DNA of 64,000 nucleotides from NCBI GenBank assembly GCA_016748015.1, contig JAAOMT010000531.1, forward strand, positions 186,001 to 250,000, in the 5' to 3' direction. This document shows, piece by piece, positions 14,005 through 26,200 of this stretch; position 1 is the first letter of the stretch; every line of letters starts with the position of its first letter. The notes below the pieces were generated by a model that saw nothing but the letters and a program-made list of their open reading frames with translations, was not told the origin of the DNA and searched no databases. The position numbers and the translations under genes are program-made. The DNA is from Geosiphon pyriformis uo1 (Eukaryota > Fungi > Glomeromycota).

Positions 14005-17000
14005 TAAGTCTGGTTTGGAAAATTGCAACATGCAATGTTCATGGTATCAATGTTCTTGCCAAGCAGGAAGATGTTGTTTGTTGGCATATGGATTCTGGAA
14101 ATATGATTTCTATTATTATGGAGACAAAGTTGAGGTTTAATGCCAGGCCTTGAATTATAAACAAATTTAATGGTGTGAGAATATTCTCTTCTGGTTTAAA
14201 CAAAGAGTTTCTTGGTGCTGGGGTGGCAATTATTATGAACAACTTCTTTGTCCATCATGTGTCTAAAGTTGAGGAGATTCCTAGTCATTTGGTTTCAGTT
14301 CAGCTTCTTTTCAAGGGCAAATTGTCAGTAGTGATTTTGGGCTTATATGCAGGTGTTTTTGCTGAAACAAGGTTTGGCCAAGCTTGCAAAATCAACTCTA
14401 TTATTGCCAAGACTGCTAATTCTTCTACATTTGTGGTTTTGGGTGGTGATTTCAATAAGGATGGATCCAAAAAAAGTGCTAGTTTTAAGTTTTGTTCGAA
14501 TTTGGGGTTGGTTAACTCTTTTAGTGGACATTCTTTGGTCAAAGCTTCTACTTGGGACAATTCCTGGGGTTCCATGAAGATTATTGACTACATTTTTGTG
14601 AGCAAGAATTTGGCATCCATATTGGCTGGTCATGAAGTTTCTCCTGTCTCTGAATTCTTTAACACTGATTATAATGCTGTTCTGGTCTTGGTTGGTTTGG
14701 GTGGTCTCTTAGATGCTCAGCTCAATGATGAATGTAAGCAGGCCAATAAAGATAAGTGGAAATTCAAGATCAAGGATGCAGATGTTAGTAAATAGACACA
14801 CTTTAGGGAACATTCATTAAACAAGTTTCTGGAATATATGGATGAATTCAATGCTGCAAAGAACAATAAAAATCTGGATATTATGTGGAAGATTTTTAAG
14901 AAAGTGGTTATAAGCTTAGCTAATAATGTGTTTTTTAAACAATGGTTTAGCAAGTTCAATTGTCAAAAAAATAAGCAGTCTTCAAAATTTTTTAGCCTGA
15001 AATTGTTAGTAGCCAAGCTAATGAGGTGTTTGAGTTTAGATCAGAAATCAGAAGCTGTTCATCTTTTTAAGGTGTGGTCTACTCTTGATAGCAAGGGGGC
15101 CTCCAAAGCGTGCATGATGTTTGGTGATAATGAAAGCAGAAAGAGCATTCTTTAACACCTATCAAGAGTCAAGAAATTGTACAGAAAGTCCAAATACTAT
15201 AAGTCTAGGGTGGCCAGAAATACTTCAATCAGGAAGACAATAGACAAGTGCATAAAAAACTTCAGCTCCAATAAGAGGCTTATGATCAAAAGTGTTTTGG
15301 AAAGGCCATTCAGGAAGATAGTGTTGGACCATCTGATTGTAAATGATAAGTTAATTTTGAAACCCAAGGAAGTTTTATCTGCTGTTGATGGTATCATAGA
15401 AGATTGGACAAAAAAACGAATCACTTCTATCTCTGTGTCTGCTCAATAGTATAGCCAATATGCTCTCTTGGACTATGTCAGTGATAATGCATTTTCAAAT
15501 GTCATGGGTGTAATTGGATTAGATGAGTTTCTTTTGGTGGTCAATGAACTGCCTAATGGAAAAGCTGCTGGCATTTCTGGTATTCCTAATGAGCTTTGGA
15601 AGCATGGTAATGTGCAGGTTCTGAGTGGTTTGTTGGATATTCTCAATGTTTGTTTAGAGTTGGGTGTGGTTCTTCTGCAGTGGAAACAAGCCTGGATTTC
15701 TATGATACTGAAACCATATGACTGGAAGGGAACTCTTACCAATACCAGACCTATAGCCTTGGTTGAGACAGCCAGAAAAATACTGTTAAAGGTTCTTTCT
15801 AACAGGATATCTCTGGTGTGTAGTAAATTTGATGTTTTCCATGGTGATAATTTCTCAGTTTTGAAGGTTATGTCTACTCAAACCCTAATTTTTACCATTG
15901 GCTCTATTGTTGAGGATGCACTGGAAAAAAATAGAAAGCTGTGGCTGGTACTTTAGAATATGCAAAAGGCTTACGACTCAGTTGGATGGCCCCATTTGAG
16001 GAAAAGTTTAGTTAGAATCAAGATGTGTTCCTGTTTTATTAAGTTTTTTGGAAACATACACAATGGTCGGACCAACCAAGTGATGACAGACTTTGGGCTT
16101 ACTGGGAAGTACACTGTTCATGATGGGTTGGATCAAGAGGAAGTCTTTTCACTATTGCTGTGAAGAATCTTCTATGATCCTTTGCTTTGTGAGGTCAAAA
16201 AGCATAAACAATTGTGTGAATATAGATTGAATTCAGAATTTATTTCTAGGACTGGCAGAGCTAATTTCAAGAGTGGCAAAACATCCTTTTTTGCAGCTGG
16301 TGCTTTTGTGGATGATACTATTTGGGTTGAAAACTGTTTGGCAGCTACACAGCACATTTTAGACATTGTAAGTGATTTTTTCTTGATCAATGACATTGCT
16401 ATTAATACAGACAAAACAGTTGCTATCTCTATTAATCAAAGGACCAGAGAGGTTTCATTGTCTATCAGTGGTTCCAAAATCTCCATTGCCAAAAAGGGTG
16501 AATTTTACTATTACTTAGGGATTTTTATTTCTATGGATGGCATGTCTAAGCCAAGCTTGGCCAAAGCTCATTCAGACGTCAAGTTTTTCTCTAATGTGGT
16601 TTTAAGGAAAGCCATTACTAAGAAGCAATTTCTGTATTTGGTCTCTGCTGTTCTGCAGCCCATAATTGGATATAGGTTGCAGTTTAGCTGTGTTTCCTAG
16701 GGTGTGTGTGAAAAATGGGACAAAATGTTAAGAAAGAGTTTAAAGCTCAAGGCCAATCTGCCTAAGGATTTTCCAAATGAAACTTTGTATCATCCTGAAT
16801 TTTATGGCTTAAAAACTTTTGAGCAAGTGATGTCTGAGAATATGTTGGCTGGTCTGGTTAAATTCACTAATGCTAACAGAATCTTTGGTGAATTATTCGA
16901 ACACAAAGCATTGGAGTTATAGGCTGCTAGCTAGATACCTTGGCACCCACTCAAATTTCTGGTCAAGTTGTCAGTCAATTCTGCAAATTGCTTTTTGGCT

Positions 17001-18689
17001 GGCACTACATGTGCTCTCAAATTGTGCAATCTGTTATTGGGCAGTGACCTGCCTAATGTTTTTCAGGCCAGAAATTGGGTTGCTGTCTTGGATGTGCTTG
17101 GTTTTGAAGTCTATTTGGACATGGTAAAGTCTCTTAAAAGATATGGTGTGGTGTTTGTGAACCAGCTTTTGGATTGCCACGGCAAGTGTTTTATATGGAA
17201 CACTTTTCGCAGATCGAAGAAGCTGGATCCTAAAAGCCCAATTCCTGCCTAGTTTGCTTCTTTGGTCAAATTTATTGTTGGTGGCAGCTTGTCAAATAGT
17301 GAGTTGTTGTCTTCCTGTTCTGATCCCACTGGCTTTTCTTGTGACTTTAGTTATGTTGGTGAGTGTCTACTGAATTCTGAGTTGGACTCTATACTTGTCT
17401 ACACTGATGGTTCTGTAAAGAATTTGGGTTCATTACATGCTTGTGGTGGTGCCACCACCTATTTTCCAAATGTGGACACTGGTATTGGGATTAAGGTGGA
17501 TAGGTTGCTGTCGTCAACTTTGACAGAGATGCAGACCATTGCACTTGTTTTGAAGTGTGTGCCCATTTCTTGTTCAGTTGATTTATACATGGACAGCCAA
17601 ACTTCACTAAACATATGTATATCCGCCAGTAGTATGTCTGGTCCTGATTTCCATAACAAATGCTGGATTGAAAAAGAACATATTTGCCGTGTCATTGCAA
17701 GAAAAAATTTGTCGGTTATGTGGAATAAGATTAAAGGCCATTCTGGTGTGGTTGGAAATGAGTGTGCTGATTTCTATGCTAATACAGCTGTCACCTCTAA
17801 GTCCTTCCTACCTATTGCAATATCTTATTAATTTCTTGTTGTTGAAGGCAGATCTGTTTCTGAAAATGCTTGTTATTTTGCCAAAAAATTGTTCAATGCT
17901 GTTCACACCATTGGTTGGGAAGCCAGATGTGTTGGTAGCATTGTTGGTGTGGATCTCAATGACCATTTTGATAAGGCCAGGACATTTTGTGTTTGGCATC
18001 CCAATGGCAGGATCAAATCTGGTTACATGTGCACTGCATCGGCAACACTTTGGTCATAACTCATAAAAGTGTTCTACTATCGCTTGCCTATGACCAAGAG
18101 GAAAAAGATGTATAATCCAAGTTATCCAAGTATTAACTGCATTCAGTGTGGTTTGGTGGAGAACTCTGATTACGTTTTCTCTTATGATCATGATGTAGAT
18201 GTTAGAAATACTTTGTTATCTGATGCTAATTTGGAGTGGGATGTGTTGCTAAACACTTCTGCTGATGAGAATGCAATTGCTGGTTTGCTAAAAGAGACTG
18301 CTTTTTCTATGGACTTGTATATGTTGCTGGCTAAGGGTTTTATACTGAAGAGTTGGGTGGTTGACACGGTGGGCCAGTTGGGTGTTGGCTCTAATGGGGA
18401 TACATTGGTTATCAATTTCATTTGTCGTTTTGCTAAGAATTACAGATTTGCCATCTGGCTGCCTGCAACTAAGTTGAGAGCCTACTATGAGAAACATAAT
18501 CTCTTGCTAAGTGATAGGTTACCTATTCCTTCAGTGTTTGGTTTAGCTTTTTTGTGGACAGCTGGGATGATCCAAGATTTTGGTTTCAAGCTAGATATCC
18601 ATGTGTGTTTTGGATTGCATCTATGTTTAACCAGTTTGGATTTTGGTTTTCTCTGTGGCATCCCTGTAGTGGGGTGTTTAGATGTGTAG
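14001..18689 (+). pseudogene. LINE ORF2 (AP endonuclease, reverse transcriptase, RNase H, C-terminal Cys/His motif), ~1560 codons with >=12 in-frame stops
   Basis: APE motifs: WKIATCNV, ETK, GDFN, IDYIF. RT motifs: KAAGISGIPNE, RPIALVE, KAYDSV, GLDQ, GAFVDDT, YLG. RNase H motifs: VYTDGS, DSQ, KGHSGVVGNECAD. C-terminal motif: CIQCGLVENSDY. All listed fragments are in one frame from ATG 14001. Confidence 0.92.
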
Positions 18690-18829
18690 TGCTGCCTTGA
18701 TTGGCTTGAGTGGCTGGTCACATGTAGACAAGGCATGAGCCACACTTAATTTAGGTTAATTTTGATCTATGTACTTAGGTAGTGATTGGGCTGCAATCAT
18801 AAAAAGCTTAATAAAAAAAAAATTTAAAA

Positions 18830-19537
18830 TAATAATTAAATAATTATATTATTTTTTAATGTTTTTAAAACAAAACAAATTAAGTTTTAATAAAGAATTT
18901 TTTTAATTATAAGTATAAAATTATTAAAATTAAACTTGTTAAAAAAAAGTATTATTATATTTAAGATTATAATAATATTATAATTTATTGTTTTGTTTTT
19001 GATTTTATTATTGATATTTGTAAAATAATTTTTTTAATATATTTTTAATATTAAAAATGCTTTTAAAGTATTTAATAAAATTGTTATTATTAAGTTAAAA
19101 TTTATTAGTCTATAATAATATATTATTTTTAAATTTAAAAACTTTGAATTGCCAAATTTGTTTTTATTTATTAATTAATTTTAATAAAAAAAGAGTATTA
19201 AATTTTTTTTATAAATTAATCAATTTTTTTGATTATACAATCTTTAAAATTAAGAATATAATTATTTAAATACATAATAAACAATTTTAATTTTTTTTTA
19301 TTTATAATTATAATTAAAATAAAAAGTAAAAAAGTTGTAAATTTTACTTTTTTTTACATAAAAAGTTTTTTGTTGTAAAAACAATTAAACAAAATATTTT
19401 AATGCTATTTTTTTTAGATATTAATAATACAAAGTAATTTTTTTTAATTAAAACTTTTTTTAAAAAACATATTAAAATTAATTTTAATGTTGTTTTTGTT
19501 TTTTTTTAAAGTTTTAAAGTTTTAAATAACAAATTAG

Positions 19538-19569
<32 letters not shown>

Positions 19570-22500
19570 CTTTTACAAATAGCCAAAAAGAAATAATTAC
19601 TTTTTTTTGTTATTATTATACTAAATTTTTTATGGTTTTAAATAAAATTTTAAATAAAATCTTTGTTATAATAACCAGCTTTTTTTTTAATATAGATAAC
19701 AATAATAATAAAATTAATTACTAGTTGTATTACCAAAAATAATGTTTTTTAACAGATTTTTATTGGTTTTAAAAACAAAATAAAATATGTTTTTATATGT
19801 GTTTTTAACTAATTAAATTATTAAATTATCTAATTTTAAAAATTAAGCTAAAACAAAATCAATTTTTTTTTTGTTTTTTAATTATATTATATTTAATAAT
19901 TTAAAAAACAATTATTAGTTATTAAAATTTACCAAATAAATAATATTTATTTTAATGTTTAATGTTTTTTTTAAGATTAAATTGACTTATATTAAGACTG
20001 TTTTTTAATTTGTAAATTATTTTTTAACTTTTAAAATTTCTAAATTTTTAGTGGTTTTTGAGTTTATTTTTTTTTATTGGTATTATTTTGTATAATATGT
20101 TTAAAAGTATTATTATTGTTAATATTAAAAATATTTTTAATGTTTTTAGTAAAGTTTTTTAAATTATATTAAAATTTATTAATATTTATATTATTGTTTA
20201 TTTTAAGTTTTTTAATATAATTATAACTATTTTTAATTTTTAATTGGTTTTAATAACAAAAAATAACATTAAATTTTTTTTATTAATTAAAAAAAATTAT
20301 TATCTTTTATAATATATTTAAGATCAAGTTAATTAAATTTTTTTTTAACTGTACTGTCTTTAAAATTAATAATTTGATATTTTAGATTAATAGTTATATT
20401 TGTTTTATTTTCTGTTTTTTTAATTTTATTTTATAATTATAGTATATTATTATTACTTTTGAATTTAAAAAAATTTGAATATTATAATTATTAAAACTAA
20501 TACTTTAAAAAAATGTTATATTTAATAAAAGAGTTTTAATTGTTATTATTGCTTAAGTATTAAAATTTAGATTATTTAATTACAAATTATAAAATATTTT
20601 TTCTTTTTTTTTAAGTTTAATTTAAGTCTATAAGTAGTTTTAGGAATTTTAAATTATATTTTATTAATATTAAATTTTATTTTAAAACTTTTGTTTTATT
20701 AATTTTTTTGTTATTGTTCTTTTGGCTCTTTTTATTATTGTTGTTTTTATAAATTTTTTGTTTAATTTTTACTTATTTTTTTGAAATTTAAGTTGATTTC
20801 TTTGGTTTTATTAGTTAAATCTGTTGTTAAATTTATTAATATTTTGATTATTTTAATTACTAAATTGCTTGGTGTTTTTTTGTTTTATATATTAAGTTAA
20901 AAATAATTATATTATAATTAAAAAAAATATTAATACTTTTTTTGATAAATTAAATAGATTGTATAAATATATTAATAAGTTAAGAGCTAAGTATAATATT
21001 AATAATAATTTGGTTATTGATAAAACTTTTAATAAAATAAGAGCTTTTTAAGAGTTTAATTTTCTAAGATTAAAAAATATATACCAAATAATTAAGTAAA
21101 ATAGTTAAAAATATTAGTATTTTGATTATATATAAAAATAGATTTTTTTTAAATTTAATATAATTTAAATTTAATTAAATTTGTATATTTAATTATATAT
21201 AAAAATATATAAGTTATATCTAATTTAGAATTTTTTGGTAAATTTATTATTGCTATTTTTAAATTCAAAAATATTTTTAATACTATTATTATTAAAGCTA
21301 ATACTTTAAAAAAAATTATATTTAATAAAATATTTTTAAATAAATTATAAAATTATTTTTTTTAATTTATTAAATTATTTTTTAAATTATTTGTTATGTT
21401 TAAAGTTTTTATAAATTAATTTGTTAACTTGGTTTTTTATATGAAAATTATTATTTTATTTATTTTATTTTATTATGTTTAATAATAATTTCGAATTTAA
21501 ATTAAATTTTTTGAAATTTTGTTTACAAAAATTGATTTATTTAGTAAATTTGTAATTAAATCTATTAGGTTAATAATTTAAATATATATATTTTTTTTAA
21601 TTTTACGAGTGAGGCCCAAATGCAAGCTAGCACAATACATCAAACTAAGTGATCTAAACTAGGCGCAAATCATGCATTTTCTACACGTGACCAGCCACTC
21701 GGAATATTTATTAAAAATAAGCTTTTTTTAAAAATAAACTCAATTTTTTTCTTAAAACTTAAATTAAATTTTATTAAAACCAAATAAATTTTAAAGTTTA
21801 TATATTAAATTTTTTTATATGTAATTAGTTATCTAAATTATTTTAAATTATTTTAAATTAAATTTATAAAAACAGATATTCTATATATAATTACAATTAT
21901 TATATTATTATTAAAAATCAAATCAGTCAACTAAATAATAATACTATTTATATTAAACTTAATATTAGAAGTCTAAATTTCTTAAAATATTATTAAACTT
22001 TCAAAAAATTAAGTTTTTATTAATTATATTATTATTACTGTTTATATTCTTTTTTTAAGACTTATTATTTTTTTGCTTAAGTAATTAATGACTTTTTTAA
22101 AATTTTGACATTTTTTTACAGTTAAAATTTTATTTTTCATCTTAATAAATTAAAAATAAAAAAACACTAATTAGTTTGTAATCAAAAAAACCAAAATATT
22201 AATAAACTTAATAATAAATCTAATTAATAAAACCAATACAACCAACTGAAATTTCAAAAAAAACCAACTTAAAACCAATTATAAAATTAATAATAACAAT
22301 AATAACAATCAAAAAATCAAAAGTTTTAACATAAAACTTAATATTAACAAAATAAAATTCAAAATTTTTGGATTAATTACAAACTTAAATAAAAGTTTAA
22401 AAAAAAGATAAAAATATCTTGTAGTTTAAAACCAAATATTTTATGTTTTAATACTTAAAACAACACTAATAATTAAAGATTTTTTATTAAATACAACATT

Positions 22501-23250
22501 TTTTTAAAATATTAGTTTTAATAATTACAGTATTTAAAATTTTTAAAAAATTAAAAATAATAATAATATATTTTAAAAAAAATTTAAAAACTAAAGAATA
22601 AAACAAATATAGTCATAAATTAAAATACTAATTTGCTAATTTTAAAAACAATACAAGTAAAAAAAAATTTAATTTAGTTTTAAACATATTATTAAAGACA
22701 ATAGTTTTTTATTAATTAAAAAAAAATTTTTAACATTATTTTTTATCATTAAAACTAATCAATAAATAAAAGTTATTTAAATAGTTTTAAAACTTTTAAA
22801 ATATAAAACAACATATTATTATTAACTAATAGACTTTAAATTGATTTTAAAAACTTTATTAATAAATATATATAAAAAATATTATATAAAACAATAACAA
22901 AAACAAAAGCAAAAAATAAAAAATTAGCAAGTTAAATCTAAATAATAATATTTAAAAAAACTTAAAATATAAATTCTATATAAAACAATTTAAATTGTTT
23001 TTAAATACTAATTTTAAACCAATAAAATTATGTATAAACTGAAAAATAGTTTTAATATAAGCCAATTTAATCTTAAAAAAGACATTAAATATTAAAATAA
23101 AAATTATTTATTCAAAAAACTTTTAATGATTAATAATAATTTCTTAAGTATTATTAAAAAACAAAAAAAAATTAGCTTTAAGCTTTATTTAATTAGTTTA
23201 AACTTTAAGATTAAACATTTTAATAAGTTAATTAGCCAAAAAAAACAAAA
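18830..23250. repeat. AT-eroded ghost repeats, including an inverted pair (~20300-21250 minus vs ~21750-23200 plus)
   Basis: The reverse complement of 20481-20700 aligns by eye with 22321-22520. The reverse complement of 21120-21230 aligns with 21795-21895 and with 11480-11580. The family is unidentified. Confidence 0.6.
21591..21702 (-). mobile_element. Solo, 5'-truncated LINE 3' end (~110 bp) with poly(A)
   Basis: Reverse complement reads ccgagtggctggtcacgtgtagaaaatgcatg...ttgggcctcactcgtaaaattaaaaaaaa, homologous to the 3' UTRs of copies 1-3. Confidence 0.85.
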
Positions 23251-23252
23251 AC

Positions 23253-26200
23253 TTTTTTATTTATTTAATGAGTAAAGTCTAAATATGGCCTAATACTATA
23301 CATCACATAAATAATCTAAACTAGGTGTGAATTATGCATTTGCTATATGTGACCAGCCACTCAGACCAATCAAAACAACAATAAACACCTATACAAACAG
23401 AAACTATGTTTCTAATATCCAAGAAAAACAGACAAGACTTACAAAATACAAAACTAATATCAAACACATTAGCAATACCCAATAATCTAATTACACCAGT
23501 TGAGAGTACTACTAGAAGACCAGAAACTGAGATGGGAACAGAACTGTTCTGTAGGATCAAGCCACTTTTTTCTATAATAGCCCAGTATTTAGTATGTACT
23601 AGCCAAATATTATTCCGGAAAGCAAACCAAAATTTGTGCACAAAAAATACAATATTCTGAGCTGCAACCTTAAGGTTTTTAAAAATATAAACAGATTTAC
23701 AATACCAATTATTGAAAACAAAGCCTTTACACAAAGCAGTACCAACAACAATATCAGAAATGCAAGTACACAACAACTGTGATACACAAAAAGAAGAGCA
23801 AAATAAATCCAAGTATGTCTCTCAAGCAGATACATGAACTTTTATTAACTGTGCACAATCAGCAGTGTCAAAAGAGCAAGAAAAAACATGGTCCAAGACC
23901 TCAACATCTCCACAGAACAAACACACTATACTGAAGTAACACTTATTATAAAGTTACTTACATACTGTGACAGAAAGATAATAATACAGTGCCTTCATAA
24001 AATACAAACAAAAGCCAGCAGTGCGTGCACTAGTAAAACCAGCAGTCAAATAAGAATCAGAATGCCATACCAATAAAGATCTGGACCAATCAACATTAGC
24101 ATGCAGACCATCCATCAAGACATAGAAACCAGAACCAACCTCCCAATGCACACAATAAATAGATTGGAAAATATTATAAACAAAATGCTGAGAATTATTA
24201 GAAACTGCTGTGCCATCAGCTTGAAGAAAGTGTTTACTGACCACATGAAGTAGACACCTATCTGAGAAAGCAGCAGCCTTAGCAAAAGCATTAGCATGCT
24301 TATTGCTGAAGACACCAGAATGACTCTTAACTTTAATCCAATTAATGTCCAAATTCTTGTGATGAATAACATTAGCAATATAGTGATGCTTAATCCAACA
24401 CCAATTCTTAAAATCTGGACAAGCCAACATAAACTCTGATTTGCATGCATTCAGAGCAGCTTGGCTGTCCAAAAACAAGTCGACAGAATGAAAAGAAAGA
24501 ATACACTTAAGAGTCAGAGCAATGGCCTGCAATTCTGTTATCATAGAGAAAACCAAACCAGAGACTTCAACCCCCAGGCCCAAATCAATGTCTTCAAAAA
24601 AACAGTAGTACCAGCCATCACACCAGAAGTTCCCAGACTACTTAGAAATCCATCTGTGTACACAAAAAAACAAGCATTATTAACTTGCAATAAATTAACA
24701 CTAATGACACCAAAATTATGACATCCAAAAGTAAAGAACAAGCAGAAGAAAAAGCCTTACCACCAAGAAAATAAACAGCAAGCTCAAACCAGATGGGAAC
24801 AGGACCATGAGGGTCCAATCACTTTTACTACTTAAAAGTTGTCTAACTGAAAATGGCATCATGTTTGTTATACAGCTGGTTCACAAAAGTGACTTCATAA
24901 TGCCAAAGAGAGGAGACATACTTAAAATAACTAGGCTTACTAAGAACAAGAGACATAGGAATACCACTTCAAAAACAAAATGCACTGGCTGGAGATTCAC
25001 CCAAGAACAAATCACAACCAGAAAAAATGTGAATCATACCAGCCAAAAAATTGTTTAAGAAGTTGATTCTAACATGAGCCAGAAAATGTAAAAGGTGGTG
25101 AAAACACCAGCTAAAAACCTGAAAATCATAAGATTTGTGGAAAAATAACCAACCCAAAATACCCAATAAATTTGCAAAAGAAACAAGAGAGACCAATTTG
25201 CTTTCGGTCTAAATTTGTTCAAAAGTTTTTAAACCATACAATGAAGAATGATGAATTGCTTCAGTGGGGAAATTATGTGGGAGACCAGACCTAGACTTTA
25301 AGTCCTTGCAAATCATAGCATCCTATTTACTACAAACACTAATAAGAACAAAACTGAATTAAGTTTTATAATTGACAATAGAAAAAAGAACTGCTAAAAC
25401 CAAATATGCAAACTGTTTATTTAAGATTGCCTTTCTTAGAACAAGATTGACAAAAAACCGAACATTCAAATATGTCTTAGCCAAACTAGGTTTCAACAAG
25501 CCCTCAAAAGACAAAAAAATACCCAAATAATGATGAGGTTCCTTTTTTTTGGCGATAAAAATAGGTGAGCCACTAACAGTTAAATAAGGATTAGAAACCC
25601 AGCAGTTAATAGGGATGACTACAGTCTTGTTATTATTTATGGAAATGTTATTTAACTTAAAAAAATCATTAGCAACATTAAGAATGTGTTGTATAGCAGC
25701 CTGACTATTACCAACCTAAATTGTATCATTGACAAAAGCACCAGCAGCAAAAAATGATGTTATCCTGGCCTGAGATTCTGCCTGGCCAGACTTGAAAACA
25801 AAATGAGAGTTCAACTTGTAACCATATACACCCTCCTGTCTTTTAACTTTACATAGAAGCGAATCATAGAATATGCACCAAAGAAAAAATAAGAATACTT
25901 TCCCTTGGTCCAAACCATCATGAACACAATACCCATCAGTTAAGCCAAAGTTTGTCATCACTTTGTTAATGTAACTATTGTGAATACTACCAAAAAATCT
26001 AATGAACTTGTCACACATCTTGATTCTAACCAAATTCCTCTTAAGATGTTCCCAACCAACAGAGTCATAGGCCTTATGTATGTTTTGCAAAACCAGTCAC
26101 AGTTCACGGTTCTTTTCCAAAACATCCTCAACCACTGAGCCAATAGCAAAAATAGGTGATTGTGTCATCATCCTTTTTAAAACAGAGAAATTGTCTCTAT

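Larger units (their letters stand above)
12075..18822 (+). mobile_element. Near-full-length non-LTR retrotransposon (LINE) copy 1: ORF1 + ORF2 (APE-RT-RNaseH-Zn knuckle), inactivated
   Basis: ORF1 and ORF2 fragments lie in register. The 3' UTR (18690-18810) is shared with four other copies in the window and ends in poly(A) at ~18813-18822. The 5' end (ttctctccttcattccaaattc) matches the 5' end of copy 3. Confidence 0.93.

Noticed and set aside
12063-18829. Target-site duplication AATTTAAAA around LINE copy 1
   Set aside because: It is present on both sides but too low in complexity within very AT-rich flanks to be meaningful.
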